This document shows, in pieces, positions 12,335 to 24,402 of a DNA stretch of 64,000 nt. The notes below the pieces were generated by a model, which saw only the letters and a list, made by a program, of their open reading frames with translations, had not been told where the DNA came from and searched no databases. Location of the stretch: NCBI GenBank assembly GCA_904063045.1, contig CAJFCJ010000019.1:1230570-1294569 (forward strand), given 5' to 3'. Both the position numbers and the translations under genes were made by a program. Each line of letters begins with the position of its first letter. Positions within the stretch are counted from its first letter, which is position 1. Source of the stretch: Dimorphilus gyrociliatus. Its lineage: Eukaryota; Animalia; Annelida.

Positions 12335-15300
12335 ATATATATATATACACACACACACAGATACATATATATGTATATATATATATATATCATCTACCTA
12401 TCTATATATATATATATATATATATATATAGATATATATGGTATTTTATGGTAAAATAATAATAAATAATAAAAGTATAGTTCTCTTATCCAATTAAGGC
12501 TTTTGACTGGGGATGTAAAAATTTGTTTTTCCTTTCTCATATACATACATATATATATATATATAAAGTATGTATTTCTCTATTTTTTTTGGTCTTGTGA
12601 AGTTTTTACTAATGCTATTGTGACGACAGAATGTTTTTTGGCGTCTAAAAGCAACTATAATAATAATAATCATAATGGAAATAAAAATACTCTGCTTTAA
12701 CGTTCGTGAACATAAATAAATGCACATTGCATCACATACCTCCTTTTTTGCCTTCTAAACAAGTAAAAAAAAAAAAGATATACAAAAAAATAAAAATAAA
12801 AGAAGAAAATAAAATTTTCACTTTTTTTTTTCTTCTAATTTTTTTTTAAATATAATAAAAGAAATTCAGTTTTTTTTCTACTTTTTATTTTATGTTTCTT
12901 TTTGTTTTTTTTAAAAAAAAGTGAGAAATAAAATTTATTTTTATTTATATTTTTTTTTATCAAAGTTTATATGAATATTGTAGTTGTTTTTTTTTTTTTA
13001 TAGAAGGAAGATATTATTTATAGGGGAAATGAAAAAAATATAGAGAAAACTGGAGGAGGACGGGCAGTGTGAGGGGAGAGAGAGAAAGGATAGGAGGAAT
13101 GGAGATTTTATAGATAGATAGAGAAGGAGAAAATGAAGACAATTAGATAGATATATAGGTAGATAGATTCTTAGAGGTAGAGAGGGTAAAAGAGATAGAA
13201 AGAGGAGAGAGAGAGAGACAGGTAGATTGAAATTATGTTTGTTAATTAGGTTATTTACCTGAGCTGACGGTTATAGCTTCGATAAACTGTTCTCTCCAGC
13301 TAGACGTTCCAACAACCAGGGCGACATTTGTTTTTTTCAGTAATTTATCAACGGTTGACTTGAATTCTATACTTTCTCTTATTTGTACTTCGATTTTTCC
13401 AGCTTCACCCAATCTCGGTTTTCCTAATTCTACAATCTTATCGTCAAAGACAGGTTCCAACGCAACATCGGTTATTGAATTCCTATTTTCTGTTTTTAGT
13501 AGGGAAAAGAATATTGTAGGAAAGAGTTATTTATAAATCAACATGTAATATAGAAGTATAAAATAGGGAGATTGAAAACGAGTGCAAACTAAATAGAAAA
13601 AATAGGCCGAAAGTGCATCTATGAAAATATAAAGAAAGAAAAACATAAGAATTCTCTTTCTATTATTCTTTTTTTTATTATAATATTATATTCTTATTCA
13701 TTCATTCCAAGAAAAAAAGTGCCGAAGCTTGTTGAACTATTTTGAGCTTAAGTATTACTGCAATACCTTTGCCGGCGAATAGTCGTCGCATATCAAAGGC
13801 TAGAGGGCGAAAATAATCAATATAGGTAGGCATGTAAGTAATTATGCATATGTTACAAAGAAAGATTTGAAAGAATGTAAACGAAAGAGGTTCATATCTA
13901 TAATTTTCAGCTAGTGGTTATTATCTTCAAACCAATCTAATAATTTTGCGTGTTAACAAAAGCTAAAACTATAATGCCAAATGGGTAGTTATAAGTGAAG
14001 GAGGGATGTATTTATGTGTTATTTTATACAATATATCACATACATTTCGCATAAAAAAGAGACTATATATATTCTTATATATAGATTATATAATTGTATA
14101 TATATATACTGTATATAAATTATATAAGTTGGATAAAAGGTAATAAACAAAAGAAGAGTCTTACCGCTTCCCTTTCGTACAAGTTCAGGTTCGCTAAGTT
14201 CAACAAAGAACGATTCAGTTTTTTCGTATTCTTCATCATCAACGATCCGAACCCGGATTATTTGTCTAAAAAACCATCAAACTTGATAAAATGCACTTAC
14301 AAACTTAATTATTTAATAAAAGAATTAATTAAGTCTAAACGCCTAATTCGTTAAAGGTTTACGGGGTAATTTATCGTAATACAAAATCTCCAGGTAATTC
14401 ATGTATAATATATGTGATTAAACCAAATACATAATACCTATAGATATGTGCAGAGTATATATTGTACATAAATATAATATATATATATATATATTATATG
14501 CAGTATATACTGGATATATATCTCTACGTTTTCGAAGGCAACATTTGGTGCATGCAACACCTGTGGCACCTGGCATTTCGGCTTTTTAACGTTAGTTAAG
14601 AGTTGAAAATGTTTTTTTTCCTTTACTCAAATTTTTTTCTCTTTAACTTTTTCATTTACATCTTTTTGCCTAATCTATTTAGCTAAACTTGTTAGAATAA
14701 GAAAGAAAGTCTGCACACGAATACAGCAAAATACAACTGCAAAATGTTTTAAATCAAAGACATAAAAAATAGAAAACTATACGTTTCTCTTGGTTCACCT
14801 CTCCCCAAAGTTTTTTTCCTTCACACTCTATTTTTACTGATGTACTATTTCACCTAATCGATTATGGACTGAGTTTCGATCAGTCTATGTAAATCGATTA
14901 TTGTTGAAGGAAGTACAGAGAGAGAGCGACAGAAAGAGAGAGGAGCTTGAGGCACGTGGAGTGTAAGTACCGGAGGTTGGTCGCAAGGAGGAAGGAAAGA
15001 TTGCAATCGCATCAAGATATGGTCGGGTTATAAGACTAATATCACATAATCTATAAAACTTTTCCAATTAAGCAACTCTTTTTTTTTTATTAAAAACGTG
15101 TTTTGCAAACCAAAAAATCTTTTGATGGACGTCGGCAGAAAAACGTCAAAATTGCGCTTATAAACAGGTGAACGGAATTCTTCACGCGCAATTACAGCCC
15201 TATATAGACGCCACGCCCTACATTAAAACCTGGCGGCGTCTCTTCGAGCAACCAAACAATCATTCATATAAACGATGTTTTGTCCGAAGTCTAACGTTTC

Positions 15301-15402
15301 TATAGAAACCATCCCATTCTCTCTTATCTAGTTTTCCTTTCTCTGTTTATATGTTCTATTTCTAAAAATTGCTTAGAATTGATCGATAGCTAACTCTAAA
15401 TG

Positions 15403-15444
<42 letters not shown>

Positions 15445-18400
15445 TCTTGCTATATTAATCGTACATGCATATAACAAGTATATAAATATTTCTAGTTTAT
15501 GTATCGCTGCACCCATGACACTTAAAGATAGATGTAAGAAGATTAATAAAACTGGAATAACATCCTATTGTAAGCGCGAAATACATATGACGTAGGGTCT
15601 ATGTACTTGTAATAAAAAAAATTAGTGTTTCTGAAACATTCTAGAAGCATATGAATATTTTAGTGGAGTATGCATCTATATAATAGTTGAAGTAGATCTA
15701 TTGAATAGCATGATTCATAATCCTATATGTTTAATAGTAAGTTAGTATATAAGAAATATATATAGATATATACATGTACACTATATAGGTGATATAAATA
15801 GATAGGTACCATTTATATTTATACATACATACATACATACATATATACTGTATATATATATATATATATATATTTGATTGAGTATACGTATTTATGTAAA
15901 TATATTGCATATATATATACATATTGTATGTAAAGTATTTAAATACTATTTCTATAGACATTTATACATTGATGTTTTGTTTGAATATTGAATAGTATTA
16001 AGATATTTATACATTCATTTTTCATATATAAATACATACATACTATAAATATAGATCAGGCACCTACAAAAGAATAAATTGTACATAAGCCTATGAAACA
16101 GTTATATATATATATATACTAGAGAGTGTGTGAAACACGTTTTATTATATTTAGGATATGAACGAAAGTATCTGGAACGGGGCAATCGATTTGTGTCATA
16201 TGTTATTATATGGAATCTCTCGAGTTAGCTCAGGCTGAAAGAGGCGTAATTTAATATTAAAAAATCAAGTGGCTGTTGAGTCTGAACATCCGGGTCTGTA
16301 GCAGCTATAGCTGTTCGGTTCGAATTACAACTGCAGTTGCAAGAAATAGCCTATAGAAATATATAGCAAGCGCTATATTTCTAACCATCTTGTAGGCGCC
16401 GCGTTCCTATAGTAACCCTAACAGTGGACAAACTATAGGCCGCTTACGTGATTGATAGCCTTTGGAGTGGAGAGGACGAAGGAGGGAGAAGAGTGGGACG
16501 TAAACCCACATGAATAAAACATACAATAAACGCATACATAACGTATTACTTACTCAGTCTGGTCGTTTTCGAATACCAACTGGCCCGAAGCATCGAAGAA
16601 ATCTCTGCCGTTACCCTTGGCCGTGCCTTCTATAGTTGTATAGGGTACAATAACCTTTCCACGTGCTCCCGATGAACGGCAAACCTTTATTTCCGCTTCT
16701 CCTACCGATTCGGATACAGACATTGTCGAACCTTCAAAATGAAAGATGCCTGCATGATCGTCGTCCAAAATCATAACAGTTGCCATTGATGGCATGACCA
16801 ATTGAGCTACGCTATTTTGATCTCCGCCATAACCTGGAACGCGTAGATTGTGCAATTTAACGTAAAAGTGCTCATCCTCTTCGAATATATCATCATCAAT
16901 AATGGTAACAGAGAATTGACAGTGCATCTGACCCGGTTGAAATTCCAAAGTTCCGCTGGCAAATTCGTAATCCGTTCCGGCGTTAGCTGTTCCATCTTCT
17001 GTCACGTAATCGACTTGTATAACTCGGTTTGTGTCTCCCCCGTGTCTGGAGACTGTCAATTGAAAAGTGCCAACATTCTCCATAACTGTATAATGACCAG
17101 GCTCAAAGAAGATTCGGGTGACGTTATCATCATGATCCAGATCAAGTTTGACATCCTCCAAAGACGAACGACGTTCGACTTTACTCTTTTTTATGACATT
17201 TCCGCCACCAGTCAACTTTCTTGTCGCCTGTATCCGGTAGAAAGCACGCGACTTCGGACCTCTATTCATAGCTTCCATTTCTGCCATTTCTTCCAATGAT
17301 TTCATATCCAAATTAGGATGCTTTTTACGAAGTTCGCGTAGAATATCGATAAAATCCTTACGGTGCTTCTCGAACTCTCGAATTTCCGTATCGTCACTGT
17401 CTAATCCTTTAAACGTGATTGCATCTTCAGAAGCCGAACCAACGTGATTTCTCTCCGCTAATTCCAAATCTCCGTCGACCTGTATTGATTTCCTTCCATG
17501 GCGGCTTGCATGGTACTTCTTATTCATAAACTTCATAAAGAAGATTTTCCTATCGGCTATATATGCTGTTAAAACGGTTGCGGGGAAGAAGAGAAATGTG
17601 AGAACAGCTTCCCAAACTTCTACTTCACCCTTGGAGAAACCGGCGATAATGATATATAGCCACAGATAGGCGAATATACTCCATGTTGCGGTTATAAAGA
17701 AAACCCGTAAATGTTTAATTCGTCGGCAATCCCCGTCAGGTATAACGTATATGCATAAACCAATGATTATGAACAGGTTAAAAGCTGCTGAACCAACTAT
17801 CGTACTAGGCCCTAATTGTCCAGCTTTAAAGTCATTACCAACGATTTCGATAATCGATAATAAAATCTCGGGAGCCGATGAACCTAACGCCATAAGTGTC
17901 AAATTCGATACTGTCTCATTCCAAACTCGGACATTTACGACCGTTGTTTCACCGCTTGGCAGTTTAATAGTGATTTCGCGTTCTTTCGACGTAATCACTT
18001 CAATAGCGGCCATGAATCGATCGGCTATTATCGACACACCGAGAAACATGAAAATCATCGCCGCCATATAAACTGTGGCCCTAGCCGCCTTGTCTCCAGC
18101 AGAAAGATTTTTTTGCGGTTCCCACAGAGGCAAAATGACCTAAAAATCAATATTTCGTTTACGTATATTGCTTACACACATATATAAAATATATATGTAT
18201 ATACATATTTACATGCATACTGTTCGCCCAAGTTTATGTACGTTATTTATACAATATGTATCATATGTTTTCTCAATACCTTGTATATGGATAACATGTT
18301 TTTAAGCTCTCCCTATTAGACTACCATTATAGTTCTATCGACATAAAGACATCGTCTAGTGGCCTAATGTTATAGTGACAAGATGGATAAAAGTTTGATT

Positions 18401-18562
18401 AAAAGTTATATTTACCCCTTTTTTGCAGGCACTAGCTTGAGAACAACTTTTAACCGCTGGGGTAGAGTTTGTCCATCGGGCCGTCGAGACCTCTTCGGTA
18501 TCCGACTCTGCCGTCACAGAGAGGGCGAGGAAGGAGAAGAGTAAGCTTATCCTTAATAACAT
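10210..18562 (-). CDS. SLC8A: Na+/Ca2+ exchanger (NCX, SLC8 family)
   Basis: Signal-peptide exon 18416-18562. Large exon 16554-18139 carries alpha-1 ([10 protein letters not shown]), the XIP region and Calx-beta domains. Further exons at 14165-14265, 13259-13489, 11944-12063, a 159-nt alpha-2 exon (two copies), and 10210-10589 (DTFASKVAA...[12 protein letters not shown]). Confidence 0.97.
11173..11331 (-). other. NCX duplicated exon X2 (159 nt, phase 1-1), TM6 plus alpha-2 start
   Basis: atttag|ATTATTGG...CTGCCAG|gtagaa; encodes [53 protein letters not shown]. Confidence 0.9.
11566..11724 (-). other. NCX duplicated exon X1 (159 nt, phase 1-1), TM6 plus alpha-2 start
   Basis: tttccag|ATTTGGCC...TTACCAG|gtatat; encodes [53 protein letters not shown]. 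Confidence 0.9.
12278..12437. repeat. (AT)n-dominated microsatellite tract in an NCX intron
   Basis: About 50 bp of pure TA repeat followed by interrupted TA/CA repeats. Confidence 0.95.
13767..13799 (-). other. NCX 33-nt mini-exon in the CBD2 variable region ([11 protein letters not shown])
   Basis: ttttcgccctctag|CCTTTGATATGCGACGACTATTCGCCGGCAAAG|gtattg; frame-preserving, phase 1-1, at the position of the short NCX cassette exons. Confidence 0.65.
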
Positions 18563-19281
18563 TTTCGATTCTTCTTTTTCTCTTTCTTAATCAAATATGT
18601 AGAACTAAAATTCAAATGGAAGAAGATTTTGAGAAGAAACTGTACGTTCTAGGTAGACCGATGAATTATTGCTGTCATGTGTATAAAGGCGTTCGGGCAA
18701 ACTGCCGGTCGGGTAAATCTGGGTTGAGTTGCAGTGTTGGTGCGCTCTACAGAAGAGAATCTACTCGCAACTGCAACTCTAGTCCATCGGCGCGTGTCGT
18801 ATAGCTAGAACTGCAACGGCTATGGCTGTACAGCTGCCGCGCTCAGGCTTTATGGGATTGCAGTTCGTCGACACGCCTGGCGCCATTGTGCAGCAGTTTT
18901 GCAGCCAAGTACTTCTAACTTATCTACTTTTATCTTACCCTCTGTTCTTTATCAGTTCTCTAATATTATTCGTTTCTTTTAAAATTAGAATAGAGAGCCT
19001 AACAAGTGCAATTATAATTCAATTTATAGTTTATTTAAATTACTTTGAAATAGGTCAAGCATTCGCTGAGTTGGCAGTTGCTGTCCGATTTTATTCTACA
19101 TCTATACACCTAAAAATTTGTCAGTCAATAATTTATATTTAGCTAGAACAACTGCTAGCGCCACTTGTTTCAAAACGATGCCATGCATGAATATCTCCTC
19201 TCTGTGCTCTCTGACATCCAATTTCTCTCTCTCGCATATGCATAAATATATATATATATATATATAAATGTTCTCTGTCTA

Positions 19282-19294
<13 letters not shown>

Positions 19295-19324
<30 letters not shown>
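19295..19324. repeat. (CT)n microsatellite between NCX and the ZDHHC-like gene
   Basis: Direct reading of the CT dinucleotide run. Confidence 0.9.
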
Positions 19325-19329
<5 letters not shown>

Positions 19330-19658
19330 CCCTCTTAACACTTTCTCGGCTCACTCGGTCTTTAGATCCCATATTTCGTTAGGCCTATTTACAAATATTT
19401 CGTATGCTTTCCTTCTTTAGTAAATTAAAGGGCTTAAAATAGTAATTAGAACTTAAAGTACTATTCTATATCCACGTAGTATAAATACTTAGCATACGGA
19501 TAGCAAATACGTTAAACATGTAAATTTAATTAGAGTATAGCTATACGAAATAGAAATAGGCTGATTGTCCCGCCCTCTACACTGCCGTTGCGAAGGGGAA
19601 TTCAAGGGAAATCGATCGGTAAACATAAGAAAAAAAAAGAGGGACATAAACTAAAATC

Positions 19659-20513
19659 ATGGAAAGCCAAGGGGAATATCGAACGTTAAAAGATAAGTTT
19701 AGGGATGAATGGCACAGAAAAGATCGAAAAGTGACAGATGACAGTTTGGGAAAGTTTGGTGTTCTTTTCTTCTGGATTCAAACTATCTCCTTGACAATCA
19801 CAACTATTTTATGGACATCGCCATCGTCATTATACACTCTTTTAAGCACTTACCTGCTCATTCAGGTATCTGTTAATTGGTATCTTTGTTTTAATGAAAG
19901 AAATAAGGTTGTCAGGGGTATTGTACAGCCTGATAACGCTGAATTGATAGGATGGACCATGTGTGTTAAATGCCAAATGATGCGACCACCCCGGTCACAC
20001 CACTGCTCATACTGTAAAGTTTGCGTTCTCAAAAAGGAGCTTCATTGTTTTTTACTAAATAATTGTGTGGGAGTCTTCACGCAACGTCGATTTATTATAC
20101 TCTGTTTTTATACAAGTATCTCATCGTTGATTGGATCCGTTTTCAATTTATTATACGTCTTCCCACGTTTAGAATTTGCTGATTATCTTCCGTTTTTTGG
20201 TGTCCTTCGATATTATCTCTATGGGAAAATTAATTTGGGAGATATAATACTGGTAATGCAAGCCTATGTTACTATCATTACCTTAGTCGCTTCATTGCAC
20301 TTTCTCTTCTGGCAAGTGTTAATAGTCTATCGAGGTCAAACATCTTATGAAGCCTTCAGGAACATCAACCGTTATCGGCTAGATAGCCCACTAATTCACA
20401 TTAGGCAAGTGTTTGGGCAATTTTGGTTTCTTCATTTCTTCATCCCACTGCCATTGCCAATCGATGCCGACGGTGTTTCATGGGAAAGACACAAGTTCGA
20501 AAAAGGATCTTAG
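19659..20513 (+). CDS. Intronless DHHC-family palmitoyltransferase-like protein (ZDHHC22/24-like) with ELHC in place of DHHC
   Basis: CVKCQMMRPPRSHHCSYCKVCVLKKELHCFLLNNCVG cysteine-rich domain, four hydrophobic helices and a TTxE-like QTSYE motif. Confidence 0.85.
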   Translation: MESQGEYRTLKDKFRDEWHRKDRKVTDDSLGKFGVLFFWIQTISLTITTILWTSPSSLYTLLSTYLLIQVSVNWYLCFNERNKVVRGIVQPDNAELIGWTMCVKCQMMRPPRSHHCSYCKVCVLKKELHCFLLNNCVGVFTQRRFIILCFYTSISSLIGSVFNLLYVFPRLEFADYLPFFGVLRYYLYGKINLGDIILVMQAYVTIITLVASLHFLFWQVLIVYRGQTSYEAFRNINRYRLDSPLIHIRQVFGQFWFLHFFIPLPLPIDADGVSWERHKFEKGS

Positions 20514-21032
20514 TTTATCATTTATATGTAGCTTTATTTACAAGAATGTTTCCTTTCTTTTAATAAATTGCCATTGAAAACAAAAAAGAAATCGATATTA
20601 TTGCTGCTTTATTGGGTTGAAACTTTTAAGTCAATACAACAAAGCCAACATAACATGACCCGGACTGCATATACTTTTCTTGAGATAGCAAAGTTTGTCT
20701 CATAGCAAGTGTAAATTGATATTTTAAAAGAAAACGATTATTTACAATTCGGAAACAGTTACGAGGCGAGAAATTAATGAGACAACACAAATGTCGTATA
20801 AAACAAAAAAAAAAAGGAATGTTAAATTCTCGTTAACACAAATAGAATGCATATATATCAACATCATCCTCATGAAAGAAAAATAAACGAAACAATCATC
20901 TAGTTCGCAACTAGATCAGATAATTTAGAAAAAATGAGCCAATGTTATTCTTTTCTTATTATTCATACTAAGAAGTGTCTTTGTTTAAGTATTTGTTATT
21001 TTTTAACTCTTTCCTATCCTCAACTGGATTTT

Positions 21033-24000
21033 CTACAATTTTACTTCGAAAGTTTTCTGAGCATTGCCCATTTCAACAGCGAATGGATTAGTGGGGGCTA
21101 CTGGTGCTTGAGGAGGCCCCCTAGGTTTTGCCCCTACCCAGGCGGCGTCAAAAGGGTCGAAACCCGATTTATTGGGGACGGTTGGTTGATGGCCAAATAC
21201 AGACGTTCCTGCTGTATCGACCGATTGGCTGCGATTATGCTGATTTGCAACGTAAGAAGTTTTAAACGGGTTCGTTGATACTGTTTGCAGCCAAGTTTCT
21301 CCATCTGGCCGTCGTTCCTCTTTTTGCCAAGGATTAGGGTGTCGAATCGGTTCGGGTAATTGCACTGATTTGGAATTACTTTCTTGTTGGTAAACTAAAA
21401 AAAAAGTTCAATTATAATTTTAATACTCTTGGTTATTGATCGTTTACTTACTGGTCGCTTTGGTAGTTACGTGATTGACAGTATTTGGATTAGTTTTCAG
21501 AGGTAAACTTGCCAAATACGGATCATCCTCGTTCACATTCAACCCACTCGAAATCTGCTTACAAATATCAGAGATTGATGCTTCTGCTTCTTCTTTTGAT
21601 GGAGAAGCTTCAGGAATAGTATGCACACTGAAGCCATTCGGGTAATTGGTGTCCCCGCCTTGCCTTTCTAAAGTTGATGGAAGGTCTTCCAACCGAAGTG
21701 AGTGTTGGCGTTTAAAAGGAGAGGATTTTTGACTGAGTTTTTGAAATCCCTTAAAGGATCCCTAAACGCAAGAAGGAGAAAAAAAACATTTGATTAGTAA
21801 AACTCAAGACAATAAAAAGCGAACATTGTTTTAATTTAACACCAAGCAAAACTTTTCACACATACACACAATTTTCAGGCTTTAATGGAAAGGTGATCAA
21901 GGAGTTTTGTAAAGTGACTACATACAGCTAATATATATATATATATAAATCTATAGAGGGAGGGTTAAAAAATAATCTCTTACCAAGTGCTGAATAGGCG
22001 AAGAGCGCGAAGAAAGGGAAAAAAGATATTTTTTATAAGAGAAGCCTTAATATATTTATAAATTTGATATTATAGTATATGATACTATAACTAAACTTAC
22101 CTGTCTGATTAGCATATCCTGGGAAGCATGGGGTCTTTGTACAGCGTGTGGGTTTTGTATATTTTTTTCAGGCACAGGATCGGCAATAAGCGCTGCCTGA
22201 GGATCTTCAAGACGTTCAGTTAAAGTTGTTTGTTTAAAAGATCCGGTTCTCGTAAAACTAGTTCCTTTTTCGTTATATGTTACTTGAACATTCGAAGCAT
22301 CTTTATCCCTTTTTTGCTTCTTTTCTAAACATAGTCCAAACGCACATCCTACAGCATGAGATAATCTCTCACCAGATTCTTTAAGAGCCAAAAATCCGTG
22401 GCACATCCATCTGCGAGATGTTCCATCTCTACAGATATATGCAAATCCCTTTTCATGTGCTCTATCCGGAGCGCAAAATGAAACTTTCTCTATAGTTTGA
22501 TCAACGATTAATCCTTTACTTATTTCGTCAACTACTCTTAAAGCATCACCGCTAACGTATAAAATAGCTCTTTGGTATTTTCCCTTGCACTGCTGAAATA
22601 ATGAAAAAACTTAATTAAAGAATTAGCTCAATAATCCTCTATATATAACAATTAGATTAGTAGTTCTTTTTCTGTTGGAAAAAGGGAAATAGTTTGTTAT
22701 AAATTAAAGGAAGCAAGCTCCACTAAAAAATCATAAAAATAAACATAAATTCTAAAAAAGCAGACGCTTGATGGTTAGATCAGTTTTTTATTAGCTGTTT
22801 TTTTTCGCCCCCTTTTGCTCTTACCGGCGTATTTACACGATCGTCTTTTCTTTTTCGTCGGGAACTCATTCGAAAGGACATTCTTTGCCAAACAGAGCGA
22901 GATTTTTTCTGTAACACAACACCTTCACTAACTTGAAAAGGCATGCAATGGACAATGTAAAAAAAAAATTGTTTCTTGTTTTTTTTTTGCTCAGTTTTGT
23001 TAGTTAAGTTTGTCTTCTTTTGCAAAGGGTAGTTTAGAAGGTTATGACAAACTGGTTAAAAGAGAATTAACAACAAAGAAACAATATTAAATAACAAAAT
23101 AACTGTTGGGAGAAGGGGAAAAAAATATGACAAGTACAATATAAATAAAAAGAATAGAGAATTTTTACAGCTGATGTAATAGTAGAACAGTTAAAAAATT
23201 ATCTCTTATCGTTTTCGATAAGCTTGTTTAGATAGGTAAAGATAAGCGGACAAAGCACTGATATTAATTTACAGAACGGAAGCATGAATATGGAAAATGG
23301 TTATATGGAAAATAGTCTTAAACGTTAAATACACAGTAAATAGATATGATAAAACATTGAAAAATGATCTGAAATATGAATAATATCAAGAAACTATTAG
23401 TAATATATAAAATAAACAATTATGAGTTTTCAAACTGAATAATAAATACAGATATCAAAATATATGTATTAATATAGTTATGTAGATGTATCGTTGCAGA
23501 TAGTTATTTGTATGCTATCTATTAATAATTTAAATATAGTAAAGGTGAGTTTATATCCTTTTTTTATAGTTAAGAAAATATGCAATGATACGTTAGTCTC
23601 ATTAGAAAAATGATCAAGAATGGTTTAGTATTACACAATACAATGTGATAAGAGTCGGAATATGCTATATAGAGATTTGATAGAAAACTAACCGCTTTTA
23701 GGGCTTTCACTGCTTCTTCGCAGACCTGCATACCTCTCGATTCGAATACTTCCACGCACCCTAGATACTGTTTAGATAAACGTTAAATGGATTAAGGAAA
23801 ATTTAATTCAGATTAAGAGTTATCTCCTAGGACAAAAATGAACTAAAATTAGATCAAATTCCGATATAAAGATTGACCAATATCAAAGTTCAATGATAGT
23901 TTATTACAACTAGCTTATTTTATGCTTACCCGAACTTGAAACGAGCAAGAGCCTTCTCTGACTTTCTTTTCATCTTCCTGCCATTGATGAGGTTTGGATG

Positions 24001-24055
24001 ACTCTGGTATATGATTTCTTTTCTTTCGGAAACTAAATTTTCTTAATTTATCCAT
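21033..24055 (-). CDS. NUMB: Numb (PTB-domain endocytic adaptor)
   Basis: [29 protein letters not shown], then [23 protein letters not shown], the PTB core and RQ|GSFKGF...KRQHSLR. DPF and NPF motifs present; C-terminus KTFEVKL. Confidence 0.97.
21984..21989 (-). other. Candidate 6-nt Numb microexon (His-Leu)
   Basis: Pyrimidine-rich ttcgcctattcag|CACTTG|gtaaga inside intron 21762-22100, phase 0-0. Confidence 0.7.
22825..22908 (-). other. Candidate 84-nt Numb PTB-insert cassette exon ([28 protein letters not shown])
   Basis: gtgttacag|AAAAAATCT...ACGCCG|gtaaga; phase 0-0, between the KALKA and QCKGKYQRA exons. Confidence 0.7.
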
Positions 24056-24402
24056 TGTCTGATGAAAAATAGTAGAATTAATCCAAAATTAACAACTACA
24101 TACAACGATTTGCTAAATAATGTAAACAAATGACACAACAGGATCGGGATTTTACCCGAGTTTTACAGGTACAACAATGATCGGCGATTGGAGGACGCAC
24201 ACCTTTTTTTTGGCCAAGAAGTTTTTATTAAACAACAACTGTAGATCATTACCTCTTGTTCAAATTTGTCTTCAGTGGAGTTAAAGGAGCTATACTATCT
24301 TGTAACCAAATCAATATAAAGTGATGAAAACATGCCTTCTCGATGAATAATCCTCGAAAACGATTAGTAAAAAATTCTCATACGATACGCCATAATTTCT
24401 AA

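Noticed and set aside
14971-15050. 80-nt phase 2-to-1 segment in the NCX intron that could be an A/B-type alternative to exon 14165-14265
   Set aside because: The phases fit, but the peptide ([21 protein letters not shown]) lacks the IxDxEEYEK pattern of CBD2 exons and the donor (gtactt) is weak. Not supportable without reads.
10858-15961. Short ORFs rich in YI/CV/F repeats (e.g. 10858-11133, 12119-12358, 15404-15595, 15731-15961)
   Set aside because: They are translations of TA/CA microsatellites and poly-T tracts in introns.
16807-18071. ORFs 16850-17299 (+), 17751-18071 (+) and 16807-16995 (-)
   Set aside because: They are antisense or alternative-frame shadows of the large NCX exon. The same applies to 10253-10552, 31025-31252, 31524-31718, 41757-41951, 42223-42450, 58850-59044 and 59111-59335 over their host CDSs.
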